NCBI GenBank assembly: GCA_040905715.1
Contig: JBBDRA010000002.1
Span: 101,968-165,967 of the forward strand
Reading direction: 5' to 3'
Length of the DNA stretch: 64,000 nucleotides
DNA from: Minisyncoccota bacterium
GTDB lineage: Bacteria; Patescibacteriota; Minisyncoccia; Phycocordibacterales; CSBR16-193
Below are positions 1 through 10,366 of the stretch, one piece after another (within the stretch, counting starts at the first letter, position 1; each line of letters opens with the position of its first letter). Under the pieces are notes generated by a model that did not search any database, was not told the DNA's origin, and saw only the letters and a list, made by a program, of their open reading frames with translations. The position numbers were made by a program, and so were the translations under genes.

Positions 1-1553
1 CAAAGCAGTTTGAGCCGGGAAAGGTGCTCGGTATTATTTCTCGAGCGAAAGGAGAAGCACAAGATATAGATGAGTTTCTGGCACAGCAGCAACAAGTGGT
101 CTCGCCGATACGGCGAGTAGCCGGTGAGATATGGGGGAAATATGCTACGTTGCTTGCCGATGAAAAAGCACTGGATTTTGACGACCTGCTCTTAAAAACG
201 CTCCAGCTTCTGGAGCGGGATACTGAAGTTCGAGAGTTTTATCAAGACCTTTGGCGGTATATTCATATTGATGAGTATCAAGATACGAACCATGTTCAGT
301 ATCGTATCGCGCAGATCCTCGCCAAGAAGCATCGTAATATTTGTGTTGTGGGAGATGTGGATCAGACGATCTACTCGTGGCGCGGGGCGCAGATCAAGAA
401 TATCCTGACGTTTGAGCAGGACTATCCGGAAGCCGAGACCGTGGTTCTGGAAGAAAACTACCGTTCAACTCAGATCATTCTCCAAGCTGCCAATAACGTG
501 ATAGAAAAGAATCAATTTCGACGGGAGAAGCGTCTTTTTACTCAAAATACCGGCGGGGAACTCATTACAATAAGTGGGTTTCGAAATGAGGGCGAGGAGG
601 CCGCGTATATTGCCGGTGAAGCAAAAGACATGATCGCCAGCGGGGTGCCGGCCGAAGAGATTGCGGTTCTCTACCGGACCAATGTTCAGTCTCGGGCGAT
701 GGAAGAGGCTATGCTTAACCGGGACGTGCCGTATCAAGTGCTTGGAACACGGTTCTTTGAGCGAAAAGAGGTTAAAGATGTTATCGGTTATATAAAAACA
801 GCGTTAAACCCGGCCTCGATCACTGATTTTAAGCGTGTGGTGAATACACCGGCGCGAGGGATCGGCAAGGCAACAATGATGAGGATGATCGAGTATAAAG
901 ATAGCGAACTTGGCCCGAAGCAGCTTGCGGCTGCCGAGCAATTTCGCGCTATTCTTGAGAATATTCGCAAAATGGCGCAGGAGGCAGTACCGTCTGAGTT
1001 GGTAAGCTATGTGATCCGTGAATCCGGCCTTGACCGGGCGCTTAAAGCAGAAGGAACTGAAGACGCAGAAGAGCGACGGGCAAACATGTATGAGCTCGCC
1101 AACCTTGCCCGTAAATACGATGAACTTGGACCTGACGAGGGAATCGAGATGCTTCTCTCTGACGCGGCGTTGGCATCTGACCAGGACGAGCTAAAGGAAA
1201 ATAAGGCCGGAGTAAAGCTTATGACCGTTCACGCGGCGAAAGGCCTCGAATTTGATCGGGTATTTGTGGTCGGACTTGAGCAGGATCTTTTTCCACAGTC
1301 GCGTGAGGAAACAGAGGAGCAGGAGGAAGAGCGGCGTTTGTTCTATGTGGCTCTCACCAGAGCGCGCGCTAAACTGTATTTAACCTATGCCGGCATGCGC
1401 ACCATTTTCGGGAAAACCAACTTTCAGATGCCGTCCGAGTTTCTCGAAGACATCGACGATACGTTGGCTCTCCGCGACGAGCCTGAAGAGGTTACTGGCG
1501 GAGGAAGTGTTGGTATGCTGGATGACGACCCGATCGTGCGGATCGAGTGGTAG
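1..1553 (+). CDS. UvrD/PcrA/Rep-family DNA helicase, C-terminal portion (5-prime end outside window)
   Basis: Open frame continues to base 1 with no upstream stop. Helicase superfamily 1 motifs DEYQDTN, VGDVDQTIYSWRGA and LEENYRST are present. Confidence 0.85.
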   Translation, partial: KQFEPGKVLGIISRAKGEAQDIDEFLAQQQQVVSPIRRVAGEIWGKYATLLADEKALDFDDLLLKTLQLLERDTEVREFYQDLWRYIHIDEYQDTNHVQYRIAQILAKKHRNICVVGDVDQTIYSWRGAQIKNILTFEQDYPEAETVVLEENYRSTQIILQAANNVIEKNQFRREKRLFTQNTGGELITISGFRNEGEEAAYIAGEAKDMIASGVPAEEIAVLYRTNVQSRAMEEAMLNRDVPYQVLGTRFFERKEVKDVIGYIKTALNPASITDFKRVVNTPARGIGKATMMRMIEYKDSELGPKQLAAAEQFRAILENIRKMAQEAVPSELVSYVIRESGLDRALKAEGTEDAEERRANMYELANLARKYDELGPDEGIEMLLSDAALASDQDELKENKAGVKLMTVHAAKGLEFDRVFVVGLEQDLFPQSREETEEQEEERRLFYVALTRARAKLYLTYAGMRTIFGKTNFQMPSEFLEDIDDTLALRDEPEEVTGGGSVGMLDDDPIVRIEW

Positions 1554-1663
1554 GTATCCAGGTTATAGGTATTAGCTTACAGCTTATACAAAAAAAGAAG
1601 TCCACCTCTTTCTGGGTCGTGCGCCTCCTCGGCGCCGGTTTCACTGACGTTGTTATGGTACAC

Positions 1664-1786
1664 TAATGCTACGTAATAGTTACGTAACTATTACGTAATG
1701 GTTACTTCAACAAGCGAGGATCGATCGTGAGCTCGCTCTCGTTTCACCCGAGCGTAGTTGAAGCAAGCTCTGCTTACGTAGCATGT
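1664..1786. promoter_or_regulatory. Nested palindromes rich in TACGTA; candidate operator region
   Basis: Perfect 28-bp palindrome tacgtaatagttacgtaactattacgta at 1670-1697. Outer inverted repeat atgctacgtaa (1666-1676) pairs with ttacgtagcat (1774-1784). Lies immediately upstream of the AbrB-like gene. Confidence 0.4.
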
Positions 1787-1803
1787 AATAATCCTTTTAC
1801 TCT

Positions 1804-1974
1804 ATGGCTCAACAGAATATTCAATTTATACGTAAGGTAACTCGTGTTGGCGGCAGAAGCCTCTCTATAGTTATTCCGTCTGAGATCGTTAGCGCACTTG
1901 GTATTCGAGAGCGCCAAAAACTTACCCTTGAGCTTGACGGTGAGAGGATCATTGTCCGGGACTGGAAAGAATAA
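1804..1974 (+). CDS. AbrB/MazE/SpoVT-family swapped-hairpin DNA-binding protein (56 aa)
   Basis: Hand translation gives MAQQNIQFIRKVTRVGGRSLSIVIPSEIVSALGI...RIIVRDWKE. The RKVTRVGGS-IPSEI pattern is typical of AbrB-fold proteins. Too short for the ORF track. Confidence 0.55.
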   Translation: MAQQNIQFIRKVTRVGGRSLSIVIPSEIVSALGIRERQKLTLELDGERIIVRDWKE

Positions 1975-2044
1975 AACTATTGCGTTTTTGGGTCGAAGGT
2001 GGTTGAGTAGCCTTATGCATGAAACCGAATATGAAACCGCAATT

Positions 2045-2863
2045 ATGAAACCAAAGAAATCACTCGGACAGCACTTCCTAACTTCAGAAGGTGCAGTGAA
2101 GCGCATTGTTGATGCAGCTGACATTACTGATGGGGAACAAGTGCTTGAGATCGGGCCGGGCCGAGGCGTGCTGACCAAAGCACTTCTGGATGCGGGTGCG
2201 CGCGTTGTCGCGGTGGAGAAAGATGAAGCACTTGCCACTGAACTTAGAGATCGTTTCGCTGACGCTGTGTCCGCAGGTACTCTCAGTGTGATCGCGGATG
2301 ATATTCTGAATAGTGATCTCGTTGATACTGAATACGGAATACTGAATACAAAATATTCCCTTGTTGCTAACATTCCTTACTACATCACCGGCGCTATCAT
2401 CCGGCAGTTTCTCACCGCTTCGCACCAACCGACGAAAATGGTGCTTCTAGTCCAGAAGGAAGTTGCTGAGCGCATTATTGCCCGAGAGGGAAACAAGCAG
2501 GGGAAGGAAAGCCTGCTCTCGATCTCAGTTAAAGCATACGGTGAGCCAAAAATGGCTGGTGTTGTGAAGGCGGGAAGCTTTAACCCTCCACCGAAGGTGG
2601 ATTCGGCTATTTTAGTTATTGAGAATATCTCCCGGGCTTTCTTTAAAGAGATCGATGAAAAGCAGTTTTTTGAGATGCTCCACCTTGGCTTCGGCCAGAA
2701 ACGCAAACAGCTCGCCGGTAACTTAAAAGCACGATTCAGCTCTGAGGTAGTAGAGCAGGCTTTTGTAGCGTGTGCTATAGATACTCAGGTGCGCGCAGAA
2801 GATCTTGGGCCTGCGCAGTGGCACTGTCTCGCAAAAGAGCTTTTTTCAATGCAGAACTCCTGA
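2045..2863 (+). CDS. rsmA: 16S rRNA adenine dimethyltransferase KsgA/RsmA
   Basis: N-terminus MKPKKSLGQHFL, SAM-binding motif LEIGPGRGVLT and NIPYYIT motif. Start chosen at the internal Met within ORF 1898-2863. Confidence 0.85.
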   Translation: MKPKKSLGQHFLTSEGAVKRIVDAADITDGEQVLEIGPGRGVLTKALLDAGARVVAVEKDEALATELRDRFADAVSAGTLSVIADDILNSDLVDTEYGILNTKYSLVANIPYYITGAIIRQFLTASHQPTKMVLLVQKEVAERIIAREGNKQGKESLLSISVKAYGEPKMAGVVKAGSFNPPPKVDSAILVIENISRAFFKEIDEKQFFEMLHLGFGQKRKQLAGNLKARFSSEVVEQAFVACAIDTQVRAEDLGPAQWHCLAKELFSMQNS

Positions 2864-2920
2864 AGTAGCTCTTCCGGGCGTATGTAAAAAAATGAAGCGC
2901 AGGCAAGAAAAGGCATAGAA

Positions 2921-2950
2921 AAAGCGGCTATACGTAGCCGCTTTTCTGTT
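2921..2950. terminator. Hairpin agcggctatacgtagccgct flanked by A/T runs (bidirectional)
   Basis: Stem-loop seen in sequence between the convergent genes ksgA and 2964-3875. Confidence 0.5.
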
Positions 2951-2963
2951 TATTTAATTTTGT

Positions 2964-3875
2964 TTAGTCGTCGTCTCTTGCCCGAATACGTAATGTATCA
3001 GTGACCTGACCTCCTTCACGGTCTGTGATGCGAATATCGACATAATGATTTCCATCGTCATCAACTTCGCCGGTTAGATACAATCCTCCTTCTTCAACCT
3101 CGAACTGTGTTAGGTGGTCAGGAAGGTCAGTGAGTACCTCGTATTCATACGGCCCCCCGGCGCCACCGGTCGCAACGATCGAGAGAGTAATATCTCTGTC
3201 TTCTCTAACTTCCCAGTAGTCAGGCACAAGGCGCAACTCGCCGCCGCAGGCGTAGCTTCCTTCTTGGGTCTCCTCGCCACACTCTACTGGTTCCTCATCC
3301 TCGTCAGTATCGTCACCGCCGGTGTCTGAGCCGTCGTCTCCCGAATCAGTATCACTATCAGAATCATCGTCTCCACCACCGGAGTCAGAGTCATCACTGT
3401 CACCGGAGTCTCCGCCCCCACCTCCTCCATCTCCACCTCCGCCACCCCCACCTGAATAGCCGCTGCTGAATTGGCAGCCGGGGAAACTTGAGCCGACCAT
3501 GGATATATCGTAGTCAGGTGTTTCTGAGCTTTCACAGAACGAGGTAAGGGTTACGCAGCTGGTTCCGGTCGTGACGAAGCCGAGCGCGCAGCTCTGAGGA
3601 AGCGGGTAGTAGTAGGTTTGGCGATACGCGGACATTGCCCAGCTCGTCTTGAATGTGCCGTCAGGGAGGCTGCTTTCAACTGCTTCGTGTTCCAGCATGA
3701 TCGTTCCATCGCAGCAAATATTTGTGATAGTCGTGAATCTTCCTCCGAAATGCTCTGATCCTCCTCCGCCTTGTGCCTCAATGCGCTGTTCAGGTGCTGT
3801 TACAAATACAGCTGTCGTGATCAGTGTTGTAGAGAACACCACTGCAACGATAGAAAAATAAACTGATGATCTCAT
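2964..3875 (-). CDS. Secreted low-complexity protein (poly-Gly and Asp/Ser-rich)
   Basis: N-terminal signal-peptide-like hydrophobic segment, a GGGGGGGDGGGGGGDSGDSDDSD tract and several Cys residues. Confidence 0.5.
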   Translation of the reverse strand: MRSSVYFSIVAVVFSTTLITTAVFVTAPEQRIEAQGGGGSEHFGGRFTTITNICCDGTIMLEHEAVESSLPDGTFKTSWAMSAYRQTYYYPLPQSCALGFVTTGTSCVTLTSFCESSETPDYDISMVGSSFPGCQFSSGYSGGGGGGGDGGGGGGDSGDSDDSDSGGGDDDSDSDTDSGDDGSDTGGDDTDEDEEPVECGEETQEGSYACGGELRLVPDYWEVREDRDITLSIVATGGAGGPYEYEVLTDLPDHLTQFEVEEGGLYLTGEVDDDGNHYVDIRITDREGGQVTDTLRIRARDDD

Positions 3876-3886
3876 GTTTTTAATAA

Positions 3887-4831
3887 CTAATTACCATAGG
3901 ATTTATAAAAGAACGGTATTACATTGCTCTCGCCGCTTTCGTTCACGACCTTGATCTGTACCAAGAGCTCTTCTGGGAATTGTGAACGCACCTGATCAAG
4001 TTTGTCTGAAGGGACAGCGTTCAGTTGTTTTTCAAGCTCTTCCCCGACCGTTGTTTGAAGGGTGAAGGTGAGTGTTTCGCCGTCTTTTGAGGCCACCTCT
4101 TGGTATTGGTCAGGCTGAGTATGGTTGGTCATGACCGTGTTGCGTCTGGTGTTAAAATTGTGTCCGTAGAGCGTTATTTTGTCACCATTCGTGCCCTTAG
4201 CCGGTTCAATGCGAGTGATCTTTGGCTCGTTCCATAAGCCGGTCACTGCGGGCGCATTACTTTCTTTCGGATCTTCCTCAGAAGTGTTTAGTTCAATATT
4301 TGCTTCGCTTGTTTGCTTCGGGGTAGATCCACCACCTACAAATTCGTTGAGCTTTTGACGTGTTGTCTGTCCCACAAAACCGGTTCCATGTGCGAGGTTC
4401 CATGGGTCCAGGACCTCACTGCGATACTTTTCTTGAAAGGCGATCACCGCTTGGGTTGTAAGAGAGCCGAAAAAATCGGTCTCGTTGCCTGGCGAGCCTG
4501 CACCGCTTGCGGCGATCTGGATCCCGGGCACATTGTTTAGTGCTTGCTGGAGTGTGCGTACTTGAGGTTCGCGGTCGCCAGGAGAGAGATTTGAAGTAAT
4601 CTCACCAACGTTATTTGTTGGTTGAGAAATGTTTTGAAATGCGTCTATTTGTTGTTGAAGTAGTTTGATCTGGTTCTGGAGCGATCGGATCAAGTCGGCA
4701 TCTTGTGCATTTACTTGAGATGTGCCAAACAAGACACCGAAAGCGATAAAAGTTGAAAAAATTATCGAATAAGTAAGGATGCCTGACGCCTTTTTCGGCA
4801 CGCTTCTTTGTGAGATCTGTTTCATGTCCAA
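3887..4831 (-). CDS. Secreted protein with a peptidoglycan-binding (PG_binding_1-like) domain
   Basis: Signal/TM at the N-terminus. The LQQALNNVPGIQ...DFFGSLTTQAVIAFQEKY pattern resembles the PG-binding domain. Confidence 0.55.
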   Translation of the reverse strand: MDMKQISQRSVPKKASGILTYSIIFSTFIAFGVLFGTSQVNAQDADLIRSLQNQIKLLQQQIDAFQNISQPTNNVGEITSNLSPGDREPQVRTLQQALNNVPGIQIAASGAGSPGNETDFFGSLTTQAVIAFQEKYRSEVLDPWNLAHGTGFVGQTTRQKLNEFVGGGSTPKQTSEANIELNTSEEDPKESNAPAVTGLWNEPKITRIEPAKGTNGDKITLYGHNFNTRRNTVMTNHTQPDQYQEVASKDGETLTFTLQTTVGEELEKQLNAVPSDKLDQVRSQFPEELLVQIKVVNESGESNVIPFFYKSYGN

Positions 4832-4894
4832 AGTATACCACCAGCGATTGCAATCAACAGGTTAAGGTGGGGAAAAGTCTGATACAATTTAGGA

Positions 4895-5845
4895 ATGTTA
4901 CCGAGCAAGAAATTTACTTTCGTTATTATCGGCGTAGCGGTCAGTGTAGGGGGAGCTGTGTTTCTTTTCATGGGACTTGACGCTGACTCCGTGCCGTATT
5001 CACGTGATGGATTTTCTGCGGTTGCGAGAGGAGGTGCGGATGAGTTAGGTGGCCCGAATATCTCCGGCGACAGGCCGGAAAGCAGTTCAAAAGAGTCTTC
5101 GGAGGAAGATCAAGAAGTGCGTGGTCACTCAACAGCTTCAACAGATAGCGATAAAACAGCAGAATCCACAGAAATTTCTCAGCAGAGTCAAAATATGACG
5201 GATCATTATCCGGAAGATTCCTGGACAAGAGAGTTTCTTGAATACTACAACCAAACAGTTGATGAGCCGCTTATTAATTACAGTGACATAAGCGAGTTTG
5301 ACCGATCAAAGGCGCTTCGCGGCTTTCTTGAGCGGGCGGACGTAAAAAATGAACTTCGTCGATTTCGTGCGTATACTCAAAAAGACCTCACTATAAATGA
5401 TAAGGTTGCAGATGAAGATCGCCGAGACTACGGTAACAAGGTTGCACAAATATTTATCGACAATAGTTCCCCTTACAATGTGACGTCACTGTCGATCTAT
5501 AGAAAAGCTCGAGAGATTGACGATGGAGGGTTGCGTGAAGAACTTATTAATGAATTGCGAAATACACGGCTGCGTTACGAGAGAATGCAAAACGAACTTG
5601 TGCAGTTGAATGTTCCAGAGGACGCGGTTGAGGTGCATCTTGCGCTTTTGAATAGTTCGAGTTTGCTGGAAAAGCGTGTGGCCGGGATGACGCTGTTCTC
5701 ACTTGATCCGATACGAGGAGTAGTGAATGCCGGAGCGTACAAACCGCAAAGCAAGTATTTTGTAGAGAGCTATGAACAACTGGTTGCGTATCTGGAAGAA
5801 CACGAAGTGAGTTTTGCACAGGGGGAGCCTGGTTCCACGTTGTAG
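4895..5845 (+). CDS. Membrane-anchored hypothetical protein
   Basis: Single N-terminal TM helix followed by an acidic Ser-rich linker and a globular domain. Part of the T4SS-like cluster. Confidence 0.45.
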   Translation: MLPSKKFTFVIIGVAVSVGGAVFLFMGLDADSVPYSRDGFSAVARGGADELGGPNISGDRPESSSKESSEEDQEVRGHSTASTDSDKTAESTEISQQSQNMTDHYPEDSWTREFLEYYNQTVDEPLINYSDISEFDRSKALRGFLERADVKNELRRFRAYTQKDLTINDKVADEDRRDYGNKVAQIFIDNSSPYNVTSLSIYRKAREIDDGGLREELINELRNTRLRYERMQNELVQLNVPEDAVEVHLALLNSSSLLEKRVAGMTLFSLDPIRGVVNAGAYKPQSKYFVESYEQLVAYLEEHEVSFAQGEPGSTL

Positions 5846-5893
5846 GTGCGGTATACTGAGTATGATAAACGAAACTTTTAGCACGAGGGCACT

Positions 5894-7096
5894 GTGATGA
5901 CATCATTTACAAAACAGATCTGGGTAGTGGGCGGGCTTGCCATGCTTACTGTAAGCATGGGCGGTGTATTTTTGCCGTCTGCTGTGTACGCTCAAGGTGG
6001 CGGCCAGAGCGTGCCGGTGACTGATGAAGATCATATTGAGGTAAGCGAGGAGGCGAATAATATTCTCAGTAATATTCAAGAAACAAATAAAGAAAATCTT
6101 GAGCAAAATGCAAACGCCGCAGAGACGCTCAAAAAACTCCTTGAAGTGTTTACGGTGGATCACCCGGAAGGAGAAAAAGCATCCAAAGACGCGCTTGCTG
6201 AGAAATCAAAAACAAACATTGATGATTCAGTCGAGGGATACAAAGGATACATGAACAATCAGTACCTTCCGCAGTATGATTGTGAAGAGGGAGAGAATTC
6301 ATTTATTGAGACCGACCCTGATCAATACTACCAGGATGTTTCAAATAGTCAGTTTAATAGATTTCTTGTAGAGGAGTTTAGTTTTGACCGTGATGATCTT
6401 TGTGACAACGGCGACAACTACACTCCTCCCAACAGTAATGACACGCCGAACTATCAAAAAGGGTTAGTTCGCTCACTTCAGACATCTAATGCGCAAGAGC
6501 AGGAATTTGATCTGAATTACAATCTTCACGAAACAACTGACGGAAACGTCGATGAATTTATGAGTGGAGATTTTTCCCACGGCGGCTACGCCGGCCTGTT
6601 TTCGGCTTTGGGAAATTCTGATAATCATATCTACGGAGCATACACAAAGTCTAAAGGAGAATCAGAGCGGCGTGAAAGGGAAGCTCAAGAGATTGAGAGT
6701 CAGAAGCTTGAATGGAGCGGTGGGGCCCATGCTCTTACGAATAGTGATAACCAGATCCTTACGCCAGGAACGCTAAACCGTGACAGGTATGATAGAGCGG
6801 TTAATTTTTGCGAGCGGTCCCTTGTTGGTCTTGATAAACATCAAGAAGTTGCCGAGCAGTTAGATGAGCATTGTCAAGAGATCGAGAACAAGATCATGGA
6901 CGGACTTGCTCTCGATGGGTCGTTGCTTGATTCATTCGATCAGCTTATTAACGGCCTGATCAATCTTGATTACGAGGCAGAGTTTGAAAATATCATTGAT
7001 GATCTTGAGAGCGAAGCAGAAGACTACGTGAGCGACGTAATCGACGACTTCATCGGTGGCTGGCTTGGCGGCGGAGGTGGCGGTGGATTCCTTTAG
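5894..7096 (+). CDS. Secreted acidic hypothetical protein
   Basis: Signal peptide, highly acidic composition, C-terminal GGGGGG tail. Confidence 0.45.
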   Translation: MMTSFTKQIWVVGGLAMLTVSMGGVFLPSAVYAQGGGQSVPVTDEDHIEVSEEANNILSNIQETNKENLEQNANAAETLKKLLEVFTVDHPEGEKASKDALAEKSKTNIDDSVEGYKGYMNNQYLPQYDCEEGENSFIETDPDQYYQDVSNSQFNRFLVEEFSFDRDDLCDNGDNYTPPNSNDTPNYQKGLVRSLQTSNAQEQEFDLNYNLHETTDGNVDEFMSGDFSHGGYAGLFSALGNSDNHIYGAYTKSKGESERREREAQEIESQKLEWSGGAHALTNSDNQILTPGTLNRDRYDRAVNFCERSLVGLDKHQEVAEQLDEHCQEIENKIMDGLALDGSLLDSFDQLINGLINLDYEAEFENIIDDLESEAEDYVSDVIDDFIGGWLGGGGGGGFL

Positions 7097-7105
7097 TAGT
7101 TAGTT

Positions 7106-9214
7106 ATGAATCGAGCAATTTACACAGTACTTTTCTTCCTCATGCTGGCAACAGCAGGATATTTGCGCTTCGGACCATCTTCAGCTGAAGCTAGTTTTCA
7201 CGACACATGGATCGGAGGCGCGGCTCTTATGGCATTCCCTCCTGTGGGTTTGGCTAATGCGGGGTATCAAGCAGGTTCTTGGGCGTTGTCTACTGGAGGC
7301 GAGAAAGTTAAGGAGATGGCCAGCGCTAAATTTATAGATATACTCGTCGACATTGCATCTTTCTTGTTCCAGTTCACTGTGATGTTGTTTCAGATGACCG
7401 TATATTTATTTGAGATCAGTCTTGAATGGTCTGTTGTTAAGTTTACTGAGAATATTGAAAATATCACAATGATCGATACAGGTTGGACGATCATTCGTGA
7501 CATGGTCAATGTTGCTTTTATATTCATCATTCTTTATATAGCGATAAGGATCATTTTACAAATGAACGAAGCAAGCGCTAAACAGATGCTTGTACGAGTT
7601 ATTGTCGCCGCACTGCTTATTAACTTCAGTTTGTTTGCTACCAAGGTGGTTATTGACGCTTCAAATGTTCTCGCTATTGAGTTCTATAACGCCGTTGAGA
7701 CAGTGCAGCCCGCGCCGCAAGATATGCAGGTTGAGATGCCTGATGGAACCGTTTTTGTAAATGAGGATGATCCAATAATCGTAAAAGGGCCGGCATCCGC
7801 GATCATAGGAGGTCTTAATATTCAAACATTATTACATCAGTCAGATGCCGATCCGACACTTAGGTCAGTAGCTGTCGTTTACATAGGAGGAACCGTTCTT
7901 TTATGGGTCCTTATGTTTGTTCTGGGGGCACTGGCAATTATGTTCCTGATACGTTTCGTGGCGTTGATATTTTATATGGTCTTCTCGCCGATCGGTTTTC
8001 TTGGAATTATTTTGCCCCAGCTGTCTTCGGTGGGAGGTAAGTGGTGGAACGGATTGTTGAAGCAAGCGTTCTTTGCTCCAGTTGCGCTTTTCATGCTTTT
8101 TCTGGTCTCCAGTATGGTTAGCAGTCAAAGCTTGGTTGCTGTCACGTCTCTTCCTCAAGGAGCTGCTAATCCGGCACTCGCCTCGGCTATCCAAGGTGAC
8201 ATAAACCATTTTGGGACACTAATGAATTACTTTTTAATAATCGCTCTTACCTGCGGAGCGCTTATTATCTCAAATAGCATTGGCGCACACGGTGCGGCGG
8301 CGGCTGTTTCTGTAGGCAAAAGGACGGCAAACGGAGCTCGTGGCTTTGCTGGGCGTAATACAATAGGTTGGGCTGCGCAAAGAGCTGAAGAGAGGTTTGG
8401 TGATTCGCGTCTCGCCAACACGTTTGTGGGTTCATCGCTCAGAGATATGACCACGCGCAAGCTCGCGAGCGCGAAGTACGGCGGGAAGAAATCAGCGGCA
8501 GACGCGGCAAAAGCAGAACAAAAACGCCGAGGGACGTATGAAAAAGTAGCTAGCGAATCGACGGCCAAAACCCGAGAGCGGATGACCAGATCAGTAGACG
8601 CAGAGGCTGAACGACATCAGGTAAATCTACGGGATGTTGAAGGCAGGATCTCACAGGATCCGCGGGTGCGAGGTCATGATGAGCGATTGCGGGGGCTTAA
8701 TAGTGAAGCGAATCAGCTGCGAGAACAAAAGAAGCAATTTGATGGTAAAGCAAGTACTCCTGATGCTATTCAGGCACGAAAGAATCTAGAGGATAAGGAA
8801 AAAGAACTTCGAAGAGCTGAGCAGGAACGCGAGCAAGCTATTCCGGGAGATCTGAAGCGGGAGCGTGATGCTGTGAAAAGAGAGGCTGAGTATGCAAAAA
8901 AGAACAGCGAGAAAAAACATGAAGAAGCAAATCAAGTTGCAAAGAAAATGGTGGCACGACAGCGCCAGAAAGCGTCCAAGGGTGGGTTAACTACAGCCGG
9001 CACGCAGCAACAAGCAAATATCCTTAAGGAGATGGAAAAAGGAATGGGTGACGACGTTGGGGAGATGAGAAAGAAAGCGAAAGACAAGCAGAAAAAGGAT
9101 CCGGCAGGCAACCTCGCTGATGCGGTTAAAGGCGCTATAGAGGCAGGTGTTATTGATATGCCGGCAAGTGGGCAGGGGCAGGATGATAAAGGTGGAACTT
9201 CTCAACTTAAATAA
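7106..9214 (+). CDS. VirB6/TrbL-like polytopic membrane protein with a C-terminal charged coiled-coil tail
   Basis: Six or more predicted TM helices in the first 430 aa, then a long Lys/Glu/Arg-rich tail. Sits beside VirB4 and VirB3-like genes. Confidence 0.5.
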   Translation: MNRAIYTVLFFLMLATAGYLRFGPSSAEASFHDTWIGGAALMAFPPVGLANAGYQAGSWALSTGGEKVKEMASAKFIDILVDIASFLFQFTVMLFQMTVYLFEISLEWSVVKFTENIENITMIDTGWTIIRDMVNVAFIFIILYIAIRIILQMNEASAKQMLVRVIVAALLINFSLFATKVVIDASNVLAIEFYNAVETVQPAPQDMQVEMPDGTVFVNEDDPIIVKGPASAIIGGLNIQTLLHQSDADPTLRSVAVVYIGGTVLLWVLMFVLGALAIMFLIRFVALIFYMVFSPIGFLGIILPQLSSVGGKWWNGLLKQAFFAPVALFMLFLVSSMVSSQSLVAVTSLPQGAANPALASAIQGDINHFGTLMNYFLIIALTCGALIISNSIGAHGAAAAVSVGKRTANGARGFAGRNTIGWAAQRAEERFGDSRLANTFVGSSLRDMTTRKLASAKYGGKKSAADAAKAEQKRRGTYEKVASESTAKTRERMTRSVDAEAERHQVNLRDVEGRISQDPRVRGHDERLRGLNSEANQLREQKKQFDGKASTPDAIQARKNLEDKEKELRRAEQEREQAIPGDLKRERDAVKREAEYAKKNSEKKHEEANQVAKKMVARQRQKASKGGLTTAGTQQQANILKEMEKGMGDDVGEMRKKAKDKQKKDPAGNLADAVKGAIEAGVIDMPASGQGQDDKGGTSQLK

Positions 9215-9231
9215 TTGGTAGCGATTTACAT

Positions 9232-10263
9232 ATGACACTATCTCACGAGACAATAGGTAACTACATAAACGAACTCGATCCCGAGCTTAGGTCGTATTTA
9301 GTTTCCGACAATATTCAGGATCGGCTTCGCGATATTGCAACAACATACAACCTCTCCGACGAAGAAGTTGTCCGTCTTATTGATGAATCGTATTACGTAT
9401 TGATGGGGCTAAAGCCTGTTTCTGCGTTTGCTGATGAGCTTGCGTCCGGTGTCAAAGTAAATGATGGTGAGCTTGCTGAGATCATTGAATCGGTGGACGA
9501 ACAGATAATTGAACCCGTTAGCGACCTTATACCTTTACATGAGGACGACAAAGAATCGTTTGACGATCAACAATTAGATTCAACTCTAACTGAAGAGAGT
9601 GATGAGCGGGTAGTGACTGTTGCCGACGACCAGATGTCATCTGTCCCTGATTCTCCTCGCAAGGCGGCGCACGAAGCGCTATCATCAAAAGTAAAGAAAC
9701 ATAGCAACGTGCCGGCACCCGATAACCTTCCAGGAACATCTGGAGAACCGATAAGCGCTCCTCAAACACGGCTGCGATCACAAGGCCACTCTTCATCTCC
9801 GGCAAAAAAACCTTCACAAAGTATTTGGGATAAGATCTCTTTTCGTAAGTCGGCAGAGCAACAGGACGGTGTTGACCGGTCACTCAAGAAGGATGTTCCG
9901 CGTTCACCTTATGCAAACATGCCGGAAAGCCAGGAACAAAACGAGGGTCCGCAGGATAGCCAGCAGCTTGATGGGATTGACGTTAAGAGAGAAGTAAAAC
10001 AGCCGTCAGAAAGCGAGAAAGGGCAGAGAGCGTCGACAGCCAATTATTCCATCGGCGGATTTGATTCATTTCGGGAGACTGACCACGATCACCGTAATTT
10101 AAATCGTGACCAGGTGCTGGCCGGTATTGAAGATCCAGATGGAGAAACAAGGCCCAATGATACGGTGTCAGAAGAAGAGTTGCGCCAGGAGTCGCCGGGC
10201 ACGAACGACCCCGACCAAAGGTACGGTGAAGAAGAAGATCCATACAGAGAGCCTGTGGCCTAG
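9232..10263 (+). CDS. Acidic, probably disordered hypothetical protein
   Basis: Long ORF with low hydrophobicity and Asp/Glu/Ser-rich composition, in cluster context. Confidence 0.4.
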   Translation: MTLSHETIGNYINELDPELRSYLVSDNIQDRLRDIATTYNLSDEEVVRLIDESYYVLMGLKPVSAFADELASGVKVNDGELAEIIESVDEQIIEPVSDLIPLHEDDKESFDDQQLDSTLTEESDERVVTVADDQMSSVPDSPRKAAHEALSSKVKKHSNVPAPDNLPGTSGEPISAPQTRLRSQGHSSSPAKKPSQSIWDKISFRKSAEQQDGVDRSLKKDVPRSPYANMPESQEQNEGPQDSQQLDGIDVKREVKQPSESEKGQRASTANYSIGGFDSFRETDHDHRNLNRDQVLAGIEDPDGETRPNDTVSEEELRQESPGTNDPDQRYGEEEDPYREPVA

Positions 10264-10366
10264 CGTATTGATTGTTATAATAATGCTGTGCACATATCGC
10301 ACCCTTCAGCGCAGAATATGGGGGGGTGGTATGATGACAGAGTCACTATGCCTGTAAATTAATTGT

